From: Acanthaster planci
Lineage: Eukaryota
Direction of reading: 5' to 3'
Assembly: GCF_001949145.1 (NCBI RefSeq)
Contig: NW_019091402.1
Coordinates: forward strand, 558,001-620,000
DNA length: 62,000 bases
In this document: positions 22,501 through 34,410 of the stretch, one piece after another
Numbering within the stretch: position 1 is the stretch's first letter
Layout of the letters: each line of letters begins with the position of its first letter
Made by a program: the position numbers and the translations under genes
Notes under the pieces: generated by a model
The model's input: the letters and a program-made list of their open reading frames with translations, nothing else
Databases searched by the model: none
What the model was told of the DNA's origin: nothing

Positions 22501-25365
22501 ACTGTTACGTTCCAAAGACACCTGAATGAAGAAACATTAAAACAAAAATCCTGGTTGATTGACTCCATATTTCTAACTCTTTAGTATTCACAGCACTTTT
22601 GCACTGAATTTTATTCTTCTAAATATAGTTGAACTATTTGGGAAAGACGGACTGCGCGTGGTTCCTTACTTACGCAGTTGTGGCATTACAAGCCATTACT
22701 GGGCTAAAAATTCGACCGCAAGATTGATGATTGCCACGTTAATCCCATTTATAAAATAGCAGATGTCTAGCTCCAACCACATCGCATTCCTCCTTCAAGT
22801 GTGGCATATTTCTCTTTCAATCGCGAAGATGATTTTTAAGCGCTAATTTGCTATAATGTGAGCGAAATGTGGCTAGAGAAAGTGACGATAGACTGCAATT
22901 TGTAAATGATTGCCCGTAATTCAATGGGTCAATGGCCTTGGAAACTGCTTGACGTTCTCTCCTGCAACCTCATGAAACCTGTTTTATCGTGGCCAGGTAA
23001 GATCCAATGAGGCAGGACCAGACTTCCCAGACCATTGGTGATTGAGGGTTGAGCTTGACAAGTGGACGTGAAAACGACAGGAAAGGATCGAAGCTAGAAA
23101 GGGGGATACCTAACCCTGCGTCCCGCACCAAAGGACCAAAACCTGCGTTTCAAATGAAAATTTTGGCTTACAATTTACTTGTAAGCGTTAAAGTAACCAT
23201 TATTGGGACGGAGTACTAATCGCCCGCGCATATCATCAAATAACACCGAAACTTTTACTGTTCAAAATTAAAAAAAACAAGGGTATAAAGTAAAGCATTT
23301 CGCCACTCGTAACTTCCCATAAAATACGCCACATTGTTTTTCTCTTTAAAAACAAAAACCCATTTGGCTTTTACAACATGTCCGCCGATAAGTTAAAAAT
23401 TTCACTGTCATTATAAGTTTCACTTCCCTACAGTGGTTTCGTGAAATGAAAGAAAGATAGGAATAGCAACCGAATGCTAAAGAATATCAGGCGCATCGAG
23501 TCTTGAGAAAAAAGCGTGATATGTAATAAATCGTGGAGTATGCATGTGGTTTTATTCTGGACGAAGCGAGGCAGAATTTTTTAAATGAGTTGGAGCATGA
23601 TTGACGTTTAAGGGAATAAAATCTCACAGCTGACTAATCTCATTAAACCTGTTGATTTATGGTCTAGAAATGCTACCGGTGCTCTTCTCGAGTCCAATTA
23701 CGGCCATAAATCCAGGCAGACTCTGCAGGATTAATTGGACAGGTGTTACAGTGGGTAGGGCTTGATGTAATAATGGCTTGAAAGGAGCAGTCTCGTCTCG
23801 AAATGCATCGAATAAGTAATATGATTTTTAGTCGTGTGGTAAAGTAACTTTTCTTTTGAGGAATTTGCCGGGCGGTCGAAGAATGACTGTATAATGTTCT
23901 ATATCATGCTAGAAAGTTTAGGAATTGGAACTCAAAATCAGAAATGTTTACTGTATTCATTACTCGATTTTCAGTAACGTGCTTGTGTACAAAGTTTTTA
24001 TTATTTGGTGAAGTACGGTATATTCTTCTTGTTTCTTTAGCCCTGGACTAACCATCTTTATTGTGCTTTTTAGTGAACAGGATTAGAAAGTTTTCATCCA
24101 CTGCTCTGGGTTTATAGTTGTGGAAGGTTTCCAACGTTTAAGCTGTTTTTCATACAGATGAAATTATGCAATAATGACTGTCAAGGGTTGCTTACGCAAA
24201 ATTTACGAGCGACCTATCCGAATAGTCCAGCGGTGTGACGATATGCGTCACGGTATCAGTACAAAGACCGGTTCATAGTCTGCGCACTAGCAAACAGATT
24301 GCCAACTTGTTTGATTTGAAGTCAGATCAAAACTTCTTGCTACAAAATTGCAAAAGGTGAAGGCATTTCAGCTCAATCGGCTATTGCTACAAATTGGTAT
24401 CTTGACCTTACATTCGAATCCTTTTCTCGTTCGCCTAGAGTATATAAACCGGCTTTCAGAAGTATCTCGCGAAAGTTTCTGCATTTCCACTCGACGCATA
24501 GACAAACCTTTGTAGAACGAGGACAAAAAGCGATTGGAAGTGCACACTTCACCGTAAAGGGAGTTCTGATCTACATGTATGCCTTTAACGTTGGGTTCGT
24601 TATGGCGGTAGTCACCTGGAACTGGAATCTAGATTGGCAGTAACAGAAAAAAAGAGGTTCAGGCTCGTAACTTTGTCAACAGGATAGAGGAAACGGGGAA
24701 GAAATATGGGCTGTATCATCAAGTCGCAGCTGCGGTTGACATGCTCATCCAGTACAAAAGACAAAAGCCGAAATTGTTTGTGTGAAAATGGACGCGTGGT
24801 GAGTGGAGACGCCGTCGCTGGCGGTCGCGCATGTTGCTTTGGTATGGCTTTAACCCACGGACGACTCCATTAAAAAAAAAGCCGTTTATCTATACAGTGC
24901 TGATTTGCAGTCGGTTTACACAATCGCGTCTTATGGAAGAGAGGCGACTGTAATTGAACATCATTCACTGAAACAGATGAGTTTCTGACAATCCCGACTT
25001 GCTGTTCAGCAATCGCTGATCCTTGATTAAACCTTGTTACAGGTGGACTTCATATTAACACACTGGTAATTATGCAAGGCGCACACGGGTACCAGTTTGA
25101 TTTATTCACGCCTTTAACGTTCCACTCTGAAAGTTATAGAGTTGTATACCACAAAGTGTCCGTCGTTTGAAGCACTTTTATTCTTGGTGACTTCCCAAGG
25201 GTTAAAAAATTCCTTATCCATTAACAAACGTATGCTTTTTTTTCAATGTTCCATTTGAAGTAAATAAAGTAAACTATATAATATAAATGGAAATCTAATT
25301 CATGGTTTGTATACAATGGGCCGCCAGCTGGACCAACAGAGGGCGCAATTTTTTAGCAATGGATC

Positions 25366-25459
25366 GAAGCTCCTTTGGTCGGAACCGAACTTCGCTGGTT
25401 CACGAACGAAAATGAAATGCATGCGTTGCAGTCGCACTACACCAACAAAATGAACATTC
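25366..25459 (+). repeat. Dispersed repeat family, copy A (others at 40648 and 60123)
   Basis: Shared core TCGCTGGTTCAC..ATGAAATGCATGCGTT.CAGTCGCA...ACCAACAAAATGA. Confidence 0.75.
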
Positions 25460-25712
25460 TTCTCGTGGCTGATATAACTGTTCCATCTTTAGGCCATTCC
25501 GTGGCGAACAAAGCGCAAAAGGACACAAATGGGTCTTTGGTAACATTCTGTAGTCGTAAAGTCATTTCAACAACTGTCATATGGATACCACGTGACCTGT
25601 TTGATAATGATCTGAAGTTGATTTCATTTCAAATGTTTCACCTTTGAGTGAAATCACAGAAGCATCTTGTAACCATGAGTGAAGATAGGAACTGACTGAT
25701 TCGATCTCGAGG

Positions 25713-25867
25713 TGTTTGTTTGTTTCTTTGGTTGTTTGTTTGTTTGTTTGTGGTTGGTTGATGGATGTGTTGGTTTGTTGGGTTGTTGGGTTGTTTGTTT
25801 GTTTGTTTGTTGGGTTTGTTGGGGTGTTTGTTTGTTTGTTTGTTTGTTTGTTTGTTTGTTTGTTTGT
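25713..25867. repeat. (TTTG)n microsatellite
   Basis: Imperfect TTTG run; explains ORFs 25577-25915 and 25712-25903. Confidence 0.95.
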
Positions 25868-26457
25868 GGGTTTTTTTGCCTCGTAAACAGTAGGCCCCCC
25901 TAATAACTTTTTCATAAACGCGAATTATGTTGTAGGCCTATTCTTCTATACTTGTGCGTGTGGTTACACTTAGGGTTTTCCATTCAGCTTAGCCATTACC
26001 ACAGAATTGCACATTTGACAAGCCGTTTCATCATTCTTGTTTCCTTTCATTCATTATTCGTAGACTCCCACTCAAGAAAGTGCGCACAACTCTCTTGATG
26101 CTGAGAGGCGGTTTTTGACCGTGATCAACTATACTCACGCTTTGTCCTCAATTACGTGCATTCGTTCCCGCTGGGAATTCATTTTGAAAGTGGGTCAGGT
26201 AGGGTTTTATGGATGCATATGGGTTGTTTGAAGTATCTCAGGAACAACCCTTTCAGTTTCACTCCTTCAAGAATTGGTTTTACCTCAAAGTCAAGTGAGC
26301 CCAAACTGCGCGACATCGTATAGACGTTTTTTCAAACCAACTCCGGGGTTCAAGAAACTGAATATTTTAATCTAAAACCCAAGCTATGACGATAAAGTCT
26401 TTTTGTTGAACCTTTCGTTCTTGCTTGTTTGCACTGACGTATTTTTCTTTGTTTCAG

Positions 26458-26514
26458 TCGCTCTTGTCTAGCTGCAAGATACCACGCCTATACCACCCGT
26501 GTCAGAGGTTTGTG
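26458..26514 (+). other. Candidate 57-nt internal non-coding (5'UTR) exon
   Basis: Branch-like CACTGAC (26432-26438), polypyrimidine tract, TTTCAG acceptor (AG 26456-26457), donor GTG|GTGAGT (26515). No ATG inside. Confidence 0.5.
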
Positions 26515-28167
26515 GTGAGTGGTGTGGCTTTAATCTTACTTGAAATATTTTTCAAGGACTTATAAAGAAGAGACACAGACAGTGTACAAACCATTGCTTT
26601 ATGCGAGGAAAAGCAAGCAAAGAAAAGAAATGAAAATTTCTATTAAAAAAAGGCAAAGCACTATTGTGAATATTTCGTAGAACAGCCAACTGGCTCAGGG
26701 ACCCTAATTTATGGGGCCAGTATCTGTGTCATTCATAAGATAACCGAGGAATGATCAAGATTCTGTTCTATTAACCGGACAGTGTTACACTGGACAATAT
26801 CAGCCTAGAGTGGCCTGCATAGAGTGAAATTTCTATCATAAACAGTTCCTGAAATTAACGCGTGATAAATGCAAGATCAAATACAAAGCGTCATTGCGGT
26901 CAACTGTCGTTTAGTAGAACACAGCTCACGGGGGTCATTTGCCAGGGTTGTTTTCAATAACTAAACGGCTCATGGGTATATGGTTTCCAGATCCGTGCAA
27001 GGGATGTTGTATAGCTAATAAAAATTCATAGGACTTCTTTTTTTAATTTAAAAAGCAATGATGTATTCATATCAGAGGCTTTAAGAGGAGCTTAATTGGA
27101 AATATTACATTAGAAAACAGCGCATCTTCGGAACAGATACGCCACAGGGACCATGCGATGTAACTCTCTCCATTAAAAGTGCACTCACAGCAAAGCAATC
27201 ACTGTAAATATCGATTTGCTATGCACAATTAGGATAAATATGAATGTACCTGTAGTATTCTGTTGTCACATTTGTAAGAGTAGAACGCCCTGTTTTAATC
27301 GGGGGCTTAGTGAGCTTTGTTTGCCTCTTGAAAACAGTCCGCCCGTTTCTAGGTGAAATTACAAACTTAGGCTTTGAAGGCACTAATAGATGCAAGATAA
27401 TAGTCGATTTGGGAATACCTTTGCAGCACACTAGTATTAGAGGCTTTGTGTAATCAATTTTTTATCATCCAGGTTTGCATTTAATGATTTGTTTAATGAT
27501 ACATTCCCAATTCGCATTTATAATTTATTCGCCGCCCGGATAAGCTTCACCGTCTCGATTTGTGCTTCTAGATTTCTCAAGACTGTTCCAATAATAGCAC
27601 CTGCCTTGGTTATTATGTTTCTGTGTGTCCCCATGGGGAAACAAAAGGGATTTAGGAGTAGCTGCAACGGAATTTTCAAAAATACAAAATGCATCTTTTT
27701 TTTTTACTATTTCAAAGGTTGTTTCGCTGCCGTTTTGGTTTTTACGCTGAATACTTCCCTAGTTATGAGCAAACTGTGACGTCATCCAGGAAAAAGGCCT
27801 CAATGTTACATTGACCTGCACACAAGTACTTCTCCATTTGTTTTAGAATTGTCTGGCCCAAATTTTTTTCTTCGTTGGTGTATTCGTGGTTGCGTATCTG
27901 CCTGGCAGTAAGCAAGCAATCAACCTTTAATCAAATGATACTACACCCCCAGTTTGTTCATTGCACGCCAGAAACTCTACTTATTTCAGGAATAAGAATA
28001 TATTTTTAAATTTAAATGAATTCATACCGTCTTTTCCATTTGAAGGGTCAATAGAGGGGATATAAGGTCAAGGACAGGAGTTGAGTTCCAAAGCTCCATT
28101 GGGGTGGCAATGATAAAGATATTTGGGTCTAAGCCCTTGAGCAGCTTTTCACTAACCAAGCCGCCTG

Positions 28168-28315
28168 CACTGCAACTGTGGTGTTAATTCAACACCAGAG
28201 GACTGCACTCAGTCTAGTGCACCGCATCAGAGGACTACACCCAGTCTGTTACAGTTCTCTGATGACACCCAGTGTGTTGAATTAACACCAATTGAACACT
28301 GCAGTTTTTGTAGTG
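28168..28315. mobile_element. CACT-type MITE
   Basis: Termini CACTGCAACTG / CAGTTTTTGTAGTG. Perfect 17-bp internal inverted repeat TGGTGTTAATTCAACAC (28179-28195) / GTGTTGAATTAACACCA (28274-28290). Confidence 0.7.
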
Positions 28316-31203
28316 ACCGCAGGCATCACAAGAACGCATGAAATTTTGTCTGTATCGAACTTACCCAGAGGAGGCCGAATGCAAGTGCCGGAAGAAATAC
28401 GATTGAGTCAATTTTAAACGACTATTTACAATTCCGCGGGATCAGTAGAGGTCACCCGGCCAGTGCCGGGTGAAAAACACCGATTTCCCCAATGCACGTC
28501 AGCCGCGCGGCGTACCGTCCGCAAAATTACGTTTCATATCTCTGGAGATTTCCAATCTCAAAACGGGAAACAGTTGAAGTACATGTTTGCTGCCGGCGAC
28601 TGGAACGGGACATCTAGCTGCAGAGACAGGACTACAAGAAACAAAATACACAAAGTAAAGAGGGTGCTCCAGTGTCACACTATTAGCTCCCCACTGAATA
28701 GGCGCGTAGTTCGTTGACGACTGTTGCGTTATTTAAATACTATCACAGACATTTGTACTAAATAATATGCGTAAACCAGACTCTAAAATGTATCAGTAAA
28801 AGTCAGGTCCTCCTCAGGTATATCTGATTGCGTCCGCCTTATTTTACTTGCCTGGGACAAAAAACTCATCACATTTAAATTTCAGAGTCTGAAAGATCAC
28901 GTGCCGCTGGAGAAGCCTTTAGTAAACTTCCATTAAAATATTTTCACCACTGCGCCACCCAGTCATCTGCATCTGCGTGAGATCTGATTTTACCGGTTCT
29001 AGTGGCCAATGCGACAGAACTTTAATCACTAGCCGGCCGCCATTTTGTTAGCGACTACCCAGTGATCATCGTAAACTATCTACGGCGCCTTGACCGAGAT
29101 TATCCGCTCCGAGCGGAACAAAAGGGCGCGTGTATTTTGGTACTCACCGCGTAAGTGCGCCATGATGCGCGCAAGTATGCACGTTTGACGCGGAGCACGT
29201 TGAGTGTGCGTAATTAATTTATTGCGGCATGTATAGAGAACCGAAGTGAATACGTCACGCTCACAGTTAGTGTGTAAAAGGCATGAGCGCGAGAACCAGC
29301 GCGTGAACCAACACGCGCGCGTACTCCACTCGTTTGCACTGCACTTTCTGGTTCACAGGACGTCACACTTCGGTACTCTATGTAAATGGCGATCAATGCA
29401 TGTAACTCTCTGTGCGGTGCACGCACAGTTGGCGTGGTTTAAACCGGTGACGTTACATTAACGAACTGGGTAGCAAACTGGCAAAATCGAGCACCTGTGC
29501 TGTGGGCCTTGCTGAATAAGAAGCCGCTAAAACTTGACTAAAACTTTTTTATGAAAAAAGTAATTCTGGTAGTGCAAGGTGCATGAGCAATGATTTGTGG
29601 TTTTTTATTGTGCGTAATATAAACCCACACTAGCTGTTATCAGATAGAGCTGATCCTCGTTTCTTAGTGTGTAGGCGTGTAGTGGTAACCAGTAATCCCA
29701 AGACCCTAGAACAAAATATCGTAAATCACTCGTCGTTTATTCATCCGCCAGCTCTAATTCTTAAGTCGGAGAACTTGAGAGCCAATTTATAGTGAGGTTA
29801 CATTGGATGATCATCTCATTTTCCAAGAAGATAGGCATGTTACTTTAATGTATCCTATTGATGATAGAATGGAACTCGCTTTTACGAGGTTTTTGCGCTC
29901 TAAGCCCAGAACAACATACTTCTAAGAATGCTACTGCGCCGAGTTTGGTGAGTCTTCTAAGTAGACTTATATTTCAGGACCCTTCATCCAAGCGGTTGTT
30001 GTAAACATGGAACAGTCGTAGGCTGATTCGGTGTGGCTGGCGGCGGAACGCGTCGGGCAATTACAAGTGAGCCGGTGGTGAAGTTCACTGTGCGCCCGGT
30101 ACCTGTCGGTATGTCCGTGTCGGCTACGCGGGAGCGTAGGGGCTCAGTTGGCGGTGCTTGGTCTCAGAGGCAAGGCATGGGGGAAACACGGTCAGAAAAA
30201 TAGACCCGTCTATGTATTAAGATACACTTTACCGATGACTTTTTTCATGCAAGGTGCTACGATGAGCGATCTCTGAGGCGTATGGTGACTCGGTTGCCAA
30301 ACGGTGAGTGTCGGTAGAGCCATTATTTACGCTCGAAAAACTTCTCAAGCTAATTTTTTTCCGTTCTTTAGTTTCCAATTTTTGAAGTGCGAAACCAGAG
30401 CTACTTATCGTATAAGCATACACATGCACCAAGTTACATACCGGAATCATTCAACTTCTCATTTATTAAAAGCCCCCCAAAAAATTCATGGCTACCGTTA
30501 CTCTATTAGCTGATTAAATGCAAGTTGGAACCAAACTAAGAAAAACTCACGGAAGTTCGCTTTGTTTTCTTAGGCTATACTTCTTATTCTTAACTCGTGT
30601 AATTCTATACATCAATCATATTCTTATCTGGTTAACCGTTGGCTGTATATTGTTTTCACTGGCAACTCAATTAACATGTAACTTTGGAATTTTATTTCAA
30701 GGATGTGGTATCAAATAAACCGCAATAGACCGTTTAAATTAAACAATTTCAGCTTTTTGCCCAAATAGCTGTTCAACTGCAAACAAAAGCGGCGCTGTGT
30801 GGAATTACAAAGGGGAACTTAACTTCTTCTCTAAAAGAGACAAATAACCTACCTGCACTTTTCTCTATGAATATTTGCATAGTGATAAATGCGCCATGAA
30901 TAAACAGCACACAATATTAAAGCTGGACTGGTGTTCCGCACGACAGAGAAGTTTTGGAACAAGGTCACATCGAAGCGACAAACATCGTTGTATTACTGAC
31001 AAGAATATAATATCAAATCAGTACTCTGAAATATGTGATTGCTGAGCTTTCGATAACTGAGTACCTTCTTCAGGGCAAGGCAATTCAGATTTCTCTGATC
31101 CATTATATCGTTCTATTACTAATCTACACCACTCGACGAGTTTAATCTGTTAATGATAATGCAGACTTGATATTAAACCTGCATGTAAGTATAAGCTCAA
31201 ACT

Positions 31204-31790
31204 TATACATGTAGCGTACTATTACATATAAGAGTTTGTGTCTTTTGCTCATTTCTAATTGGTACCGTCCATTTCTAGGAATACCGAAATGTGCAAATCA
31301 CATCCGAATTTACCAAGCGAGAGTACTGAGGGTACCAGCCAAACAATCGCGTAATTTACATTCATCGATAGTCAGCAGGTTTTCGTTTACTGCTTTAATT
31401 AACTTGGCAACGTTTCTTGATAATTTGCATTCGTAACTTGTACATACTTTCTTCTGTAACTCCCGTTTCCTAATGTGTATTCGATTTTGAATTTTGTATA
31501 CATGTAGCGTACTATTACATATAAGAGTTTGTGTCTTTTGCTCATTTCTAATTGGTACCGTCCATTTCTAGGAATACCGAAATGTGCAAATCACATCCGA
31601 ATTTACCAAGCGAGAGTACTGAGGGTACCAGCCAAACAATCGCGTAATTTACATTCATCGATAGTCAGCAGGTTTTCGTTTACTGCTTTAATTAACTTGG
31701 CAATGTTTCTTGATAATTTGCATTCGTAACTTGTACATACTTTCTTCTGTAACTCCCGTTTCCTAATGTGTATTCGATTTTGAATTTTGT
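31204..31790. repeat. Two near-perfect tandem copies of a 293-bp unit
   Basis: 31204-31496 repeats at 31497-31789. The only difference I see is CAACGTTT vs CAATGTTT. Explains twin ORFs 31236 and 31529. Confidence 0.95.
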
Positions 31791-31990
31791 CTTTTTTGTT
31801 TGTTTTCTAGTATGAACCACATGCTTTATTATTGTGTGAAGTATTGTAGAAAAGCAGGCCTTACACAAGCTTTTGTTTTTTAGTCTTACTTCCTCTTCTA
31901 AACTTGATATTCCTATCTTTACATTTCTATACCTACGGTAGTCTTTATGAAAAGAAGAGGAAATAATAAAAAACCAACAACAACAACTTA
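31215..31990 (+). mobile_element. Insertion in duplication unit 1, possibly a LINE 3'UTR
   Basis: No counterpart seen in unit 2. T-rich UTR-like body ending in AATAAA followed by (CAA)n at ~31965-31988. Confidence 0.4.
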
Positions 31991-33684
31991 AAAAGGGGGG
32001 ACCCAGAGCGACAGAATTTCGTTTGGGTTTTAAGTTTAAGCTTTCTTCAGAACAAAGATAACGGCACGAATTATAGCCAATGAAAGATGCCTATGGTTCG
32101 ACCATCTTGATCTCATTTAAAGTCACATTTTAAGCGTACAGGTAAATTTAAAATTGGAGTAAAGTAGGTCAGGTAATGCGCCCGAAGTTCACCCGTCAAG
32201 TGGGGTACTTCTAGAGTTTCCCTTTACAAGATGTTACCCACATCTACTGCGTGTCGAGTTATTGGCGTGTTTCTTGGCCAGAAATCCTCAAAGATCCTTT
32301 GCCTTAATAACAAAAATGATAATATCAGCAGCTAACTTTTCATGAACGCCCATGATTAACTAAGAGCACACCGAATTTATTAGGATTTCAATAAACTGGG
32401 TTGCCATTTACCCGTATATATTGAGAAACTATCACTTTGGCAACAGAATTTTAGGCTTAGGAACACACGTACTGTGTTGTTGTTTCGTGCCACGTCTGTT
32501 TATCGGTTACTGGGAATAGACTCACTGTTGCGGAGGTTCCTATTAGGTGAATTGAACGCAGTCTTCGGTCGGCCAGCCTGCTTTGTTTGATCCACGAGGA
32601 GCATCAGTGCTCGACCTAGATCTACTGTAGCAGAAACTAAGTCATTAACTGTCAGTCCGTTCTCTTGGTGTGGTAAGAAAGTGCGCATAGCTCATTCATT
32701 TGGAAAACAACTATCAAAGAACGATTCTGCTGTGGTGGGACGGGTTTAAGGCGAACCTGCCGGGAAATTGAACCAAAATGGAAGGCATTTGTAGCGTCAC
32801 AAGGTACACTGTCCCCTGATGTTGAATGACATTTACTCACGCCTCTTGGACCACGATCGACTTGCACATACATTAAGAAAGCAGCACTGAAAAGAACCTT
32901 TTCTTTCACAGCGTTGTAAAACATTGTTTAAAGATGACTACATTCAAATCAACTACCTGCTATCTACGAGGCGCCTGCTTGTGAGTTGAAAACTTCCTAA
33001 ATTGTGTTTCATCCAGTGAAATATTTGCAGCTGTAACGTGGTTCAGTCGCCAGGGAGATTATCTTCCTCTTGTCCTGACATTTGAAGACAAGCTCCACAA
33101 CGTATTTTGTTTGTTGAAGCTGAAACCAACCAAAAAATCACATGATGAGGGTACAATTAGATTACTCAGAAACGACGTCTATGGACCTTATGTTTTGGCT
33201 GTCGAGAAAATGGTTATGTACTGACACTATGCTCAAAGTGTAATTTAGACAAGTACAAGGGATTCTCTAGCTAATTGTTACGACAGGTTGCCAAACGGTG
33301 AGTGTAGGCAGAGACGGCAATTGGGCTATATGCTTGAACACTTTCTGAAGTCAATTTGTTTCCGTTCTTGGGTTTCCAACGCTGACGTACGAAACTAAAA
33401 CTAGTTACCGTATAGGCATGCACGTTTACAAGGTTACATACTGGAATTGATGTAGAGACTTCTAAGGGAAGGCAAATTTCCACATCTTCAGGGCTGCAGT
33501 TATAGTTATTCTGTTATATGGAAAGCTTGAACGATACAATGCAAAGCTCATTCAATTTTTAAAAGTTTGTTTCGCTTTAATTTCTTAGGCTTCCATTTGT
33601 GTGATTCTGCATACGGCTGTCCACTGTTTCGTTTGCGTTGCCAACCAAAAGCACACATATAGCTTTTCAAAAGGATGTGGTAGG

Positions 33685-33877
33685 CAGTGCTGTATATTTA
33701 AGGTTTTACTAGTGGGGGCATCAGCATTTCATGGGGGCAACAGGCTAATGTGTTTTTTTGGGGGAAAGCTTTCGTTAGCCTTGTTCAATATCCATTTATC
33801 CGTTCTTTTAGTGGGGACACCTGGGGGCACCACGAATTTGTGGTGCCCCCAGGTGCCCCCCCCCGGCTAAACCACTG
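33685..33877. mobile_element. hAT-type MITE with 8-bp TSD
   Basis: CAGTG...CACTG termini, GGGGGCA/TGCCCCC internal motifs, flanks GTGGTAGG / GTGGTAGA (7/8). Absent at the paralogous site (~30710) in unit 1. Confidence 0.85.
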
Positions 33878-34316
33878 GTGGTAGACCGTTGATATTGCCT
33901 GTCAAAGGTATGCAATGTCTGCTTTTTTGCCAGAATATAATTCAATCGCTATGAATGTGAGACTGATTGAACCTGATAAAAAGTGCTTTACCATAAACTA
34001 CTTTTCCTATAAATGAGACGAACAGCCTACCTGCACATTTTTCAATGTTTGCCCCAAACGTCTGAGTATTTGCGTTTTTGTAAATGTGTCATCAACATGG
34101 AACATTAAAGTTGGACTGCATAATGTTTGACACGATAGTCCAAACAAAGTCACATAATCAAAAAACAGCCACCGTTCTACTAACCACACCAGTCGACAAG
34201 TTGGATCTGTTAAATAAATGACTATGCAGATTCAGTAACGCTGCACGTGTAAGCATAAGCCCTAATTTGTACATGAATTGTAGCGTGAGACGCCGTAAGG
34301 CATGTCAGTTTTGTCT

Positions 34317-34410
34317 GAGGCTGATTTCTGATTCAAAATGCACATTTCTCAGAACACAGAATTGTGCTAAGCAACGAGATTTTGCTAAGCGAGAACAGGG
34401 TATCAGCCCT
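34317..34410. mobile_element. Short degenerate MITE remnant
   Basis: GAGGCTGATTTCTGATTC vs reverse complement of the end, AGGGCTGATACCCTGTTC. Internal repeated TGCTAAGC. Confidence 0.4.

Larger units (their letters stand above)
30292..32950 (+). repeat. Old tandem segmental duplication, unit 1
   Basis: Collinear diverged blocks shared with 33286-35292, e.g. GGTTGCCAAACGGTGAGTGT, AAGGATGTGGTA, CCTACCTGCAC, ACACCA.TCGAC.AGTT, GGAACACACGTACTGTGTTG, AAACATTGTT. Confidence 0.85.

Noticed and set aside
25577..25915. Low-complexity ORFs (TNKQ repeats, LFVC repeats)
   Set aside because: Products of the (TTTG)n microsatellite.
31236..31729. Twin 66-aa ORFs as duplicated small genes
   Set aside because: TTG starts, no recognisable domain; explained by the 293-bp duplication.
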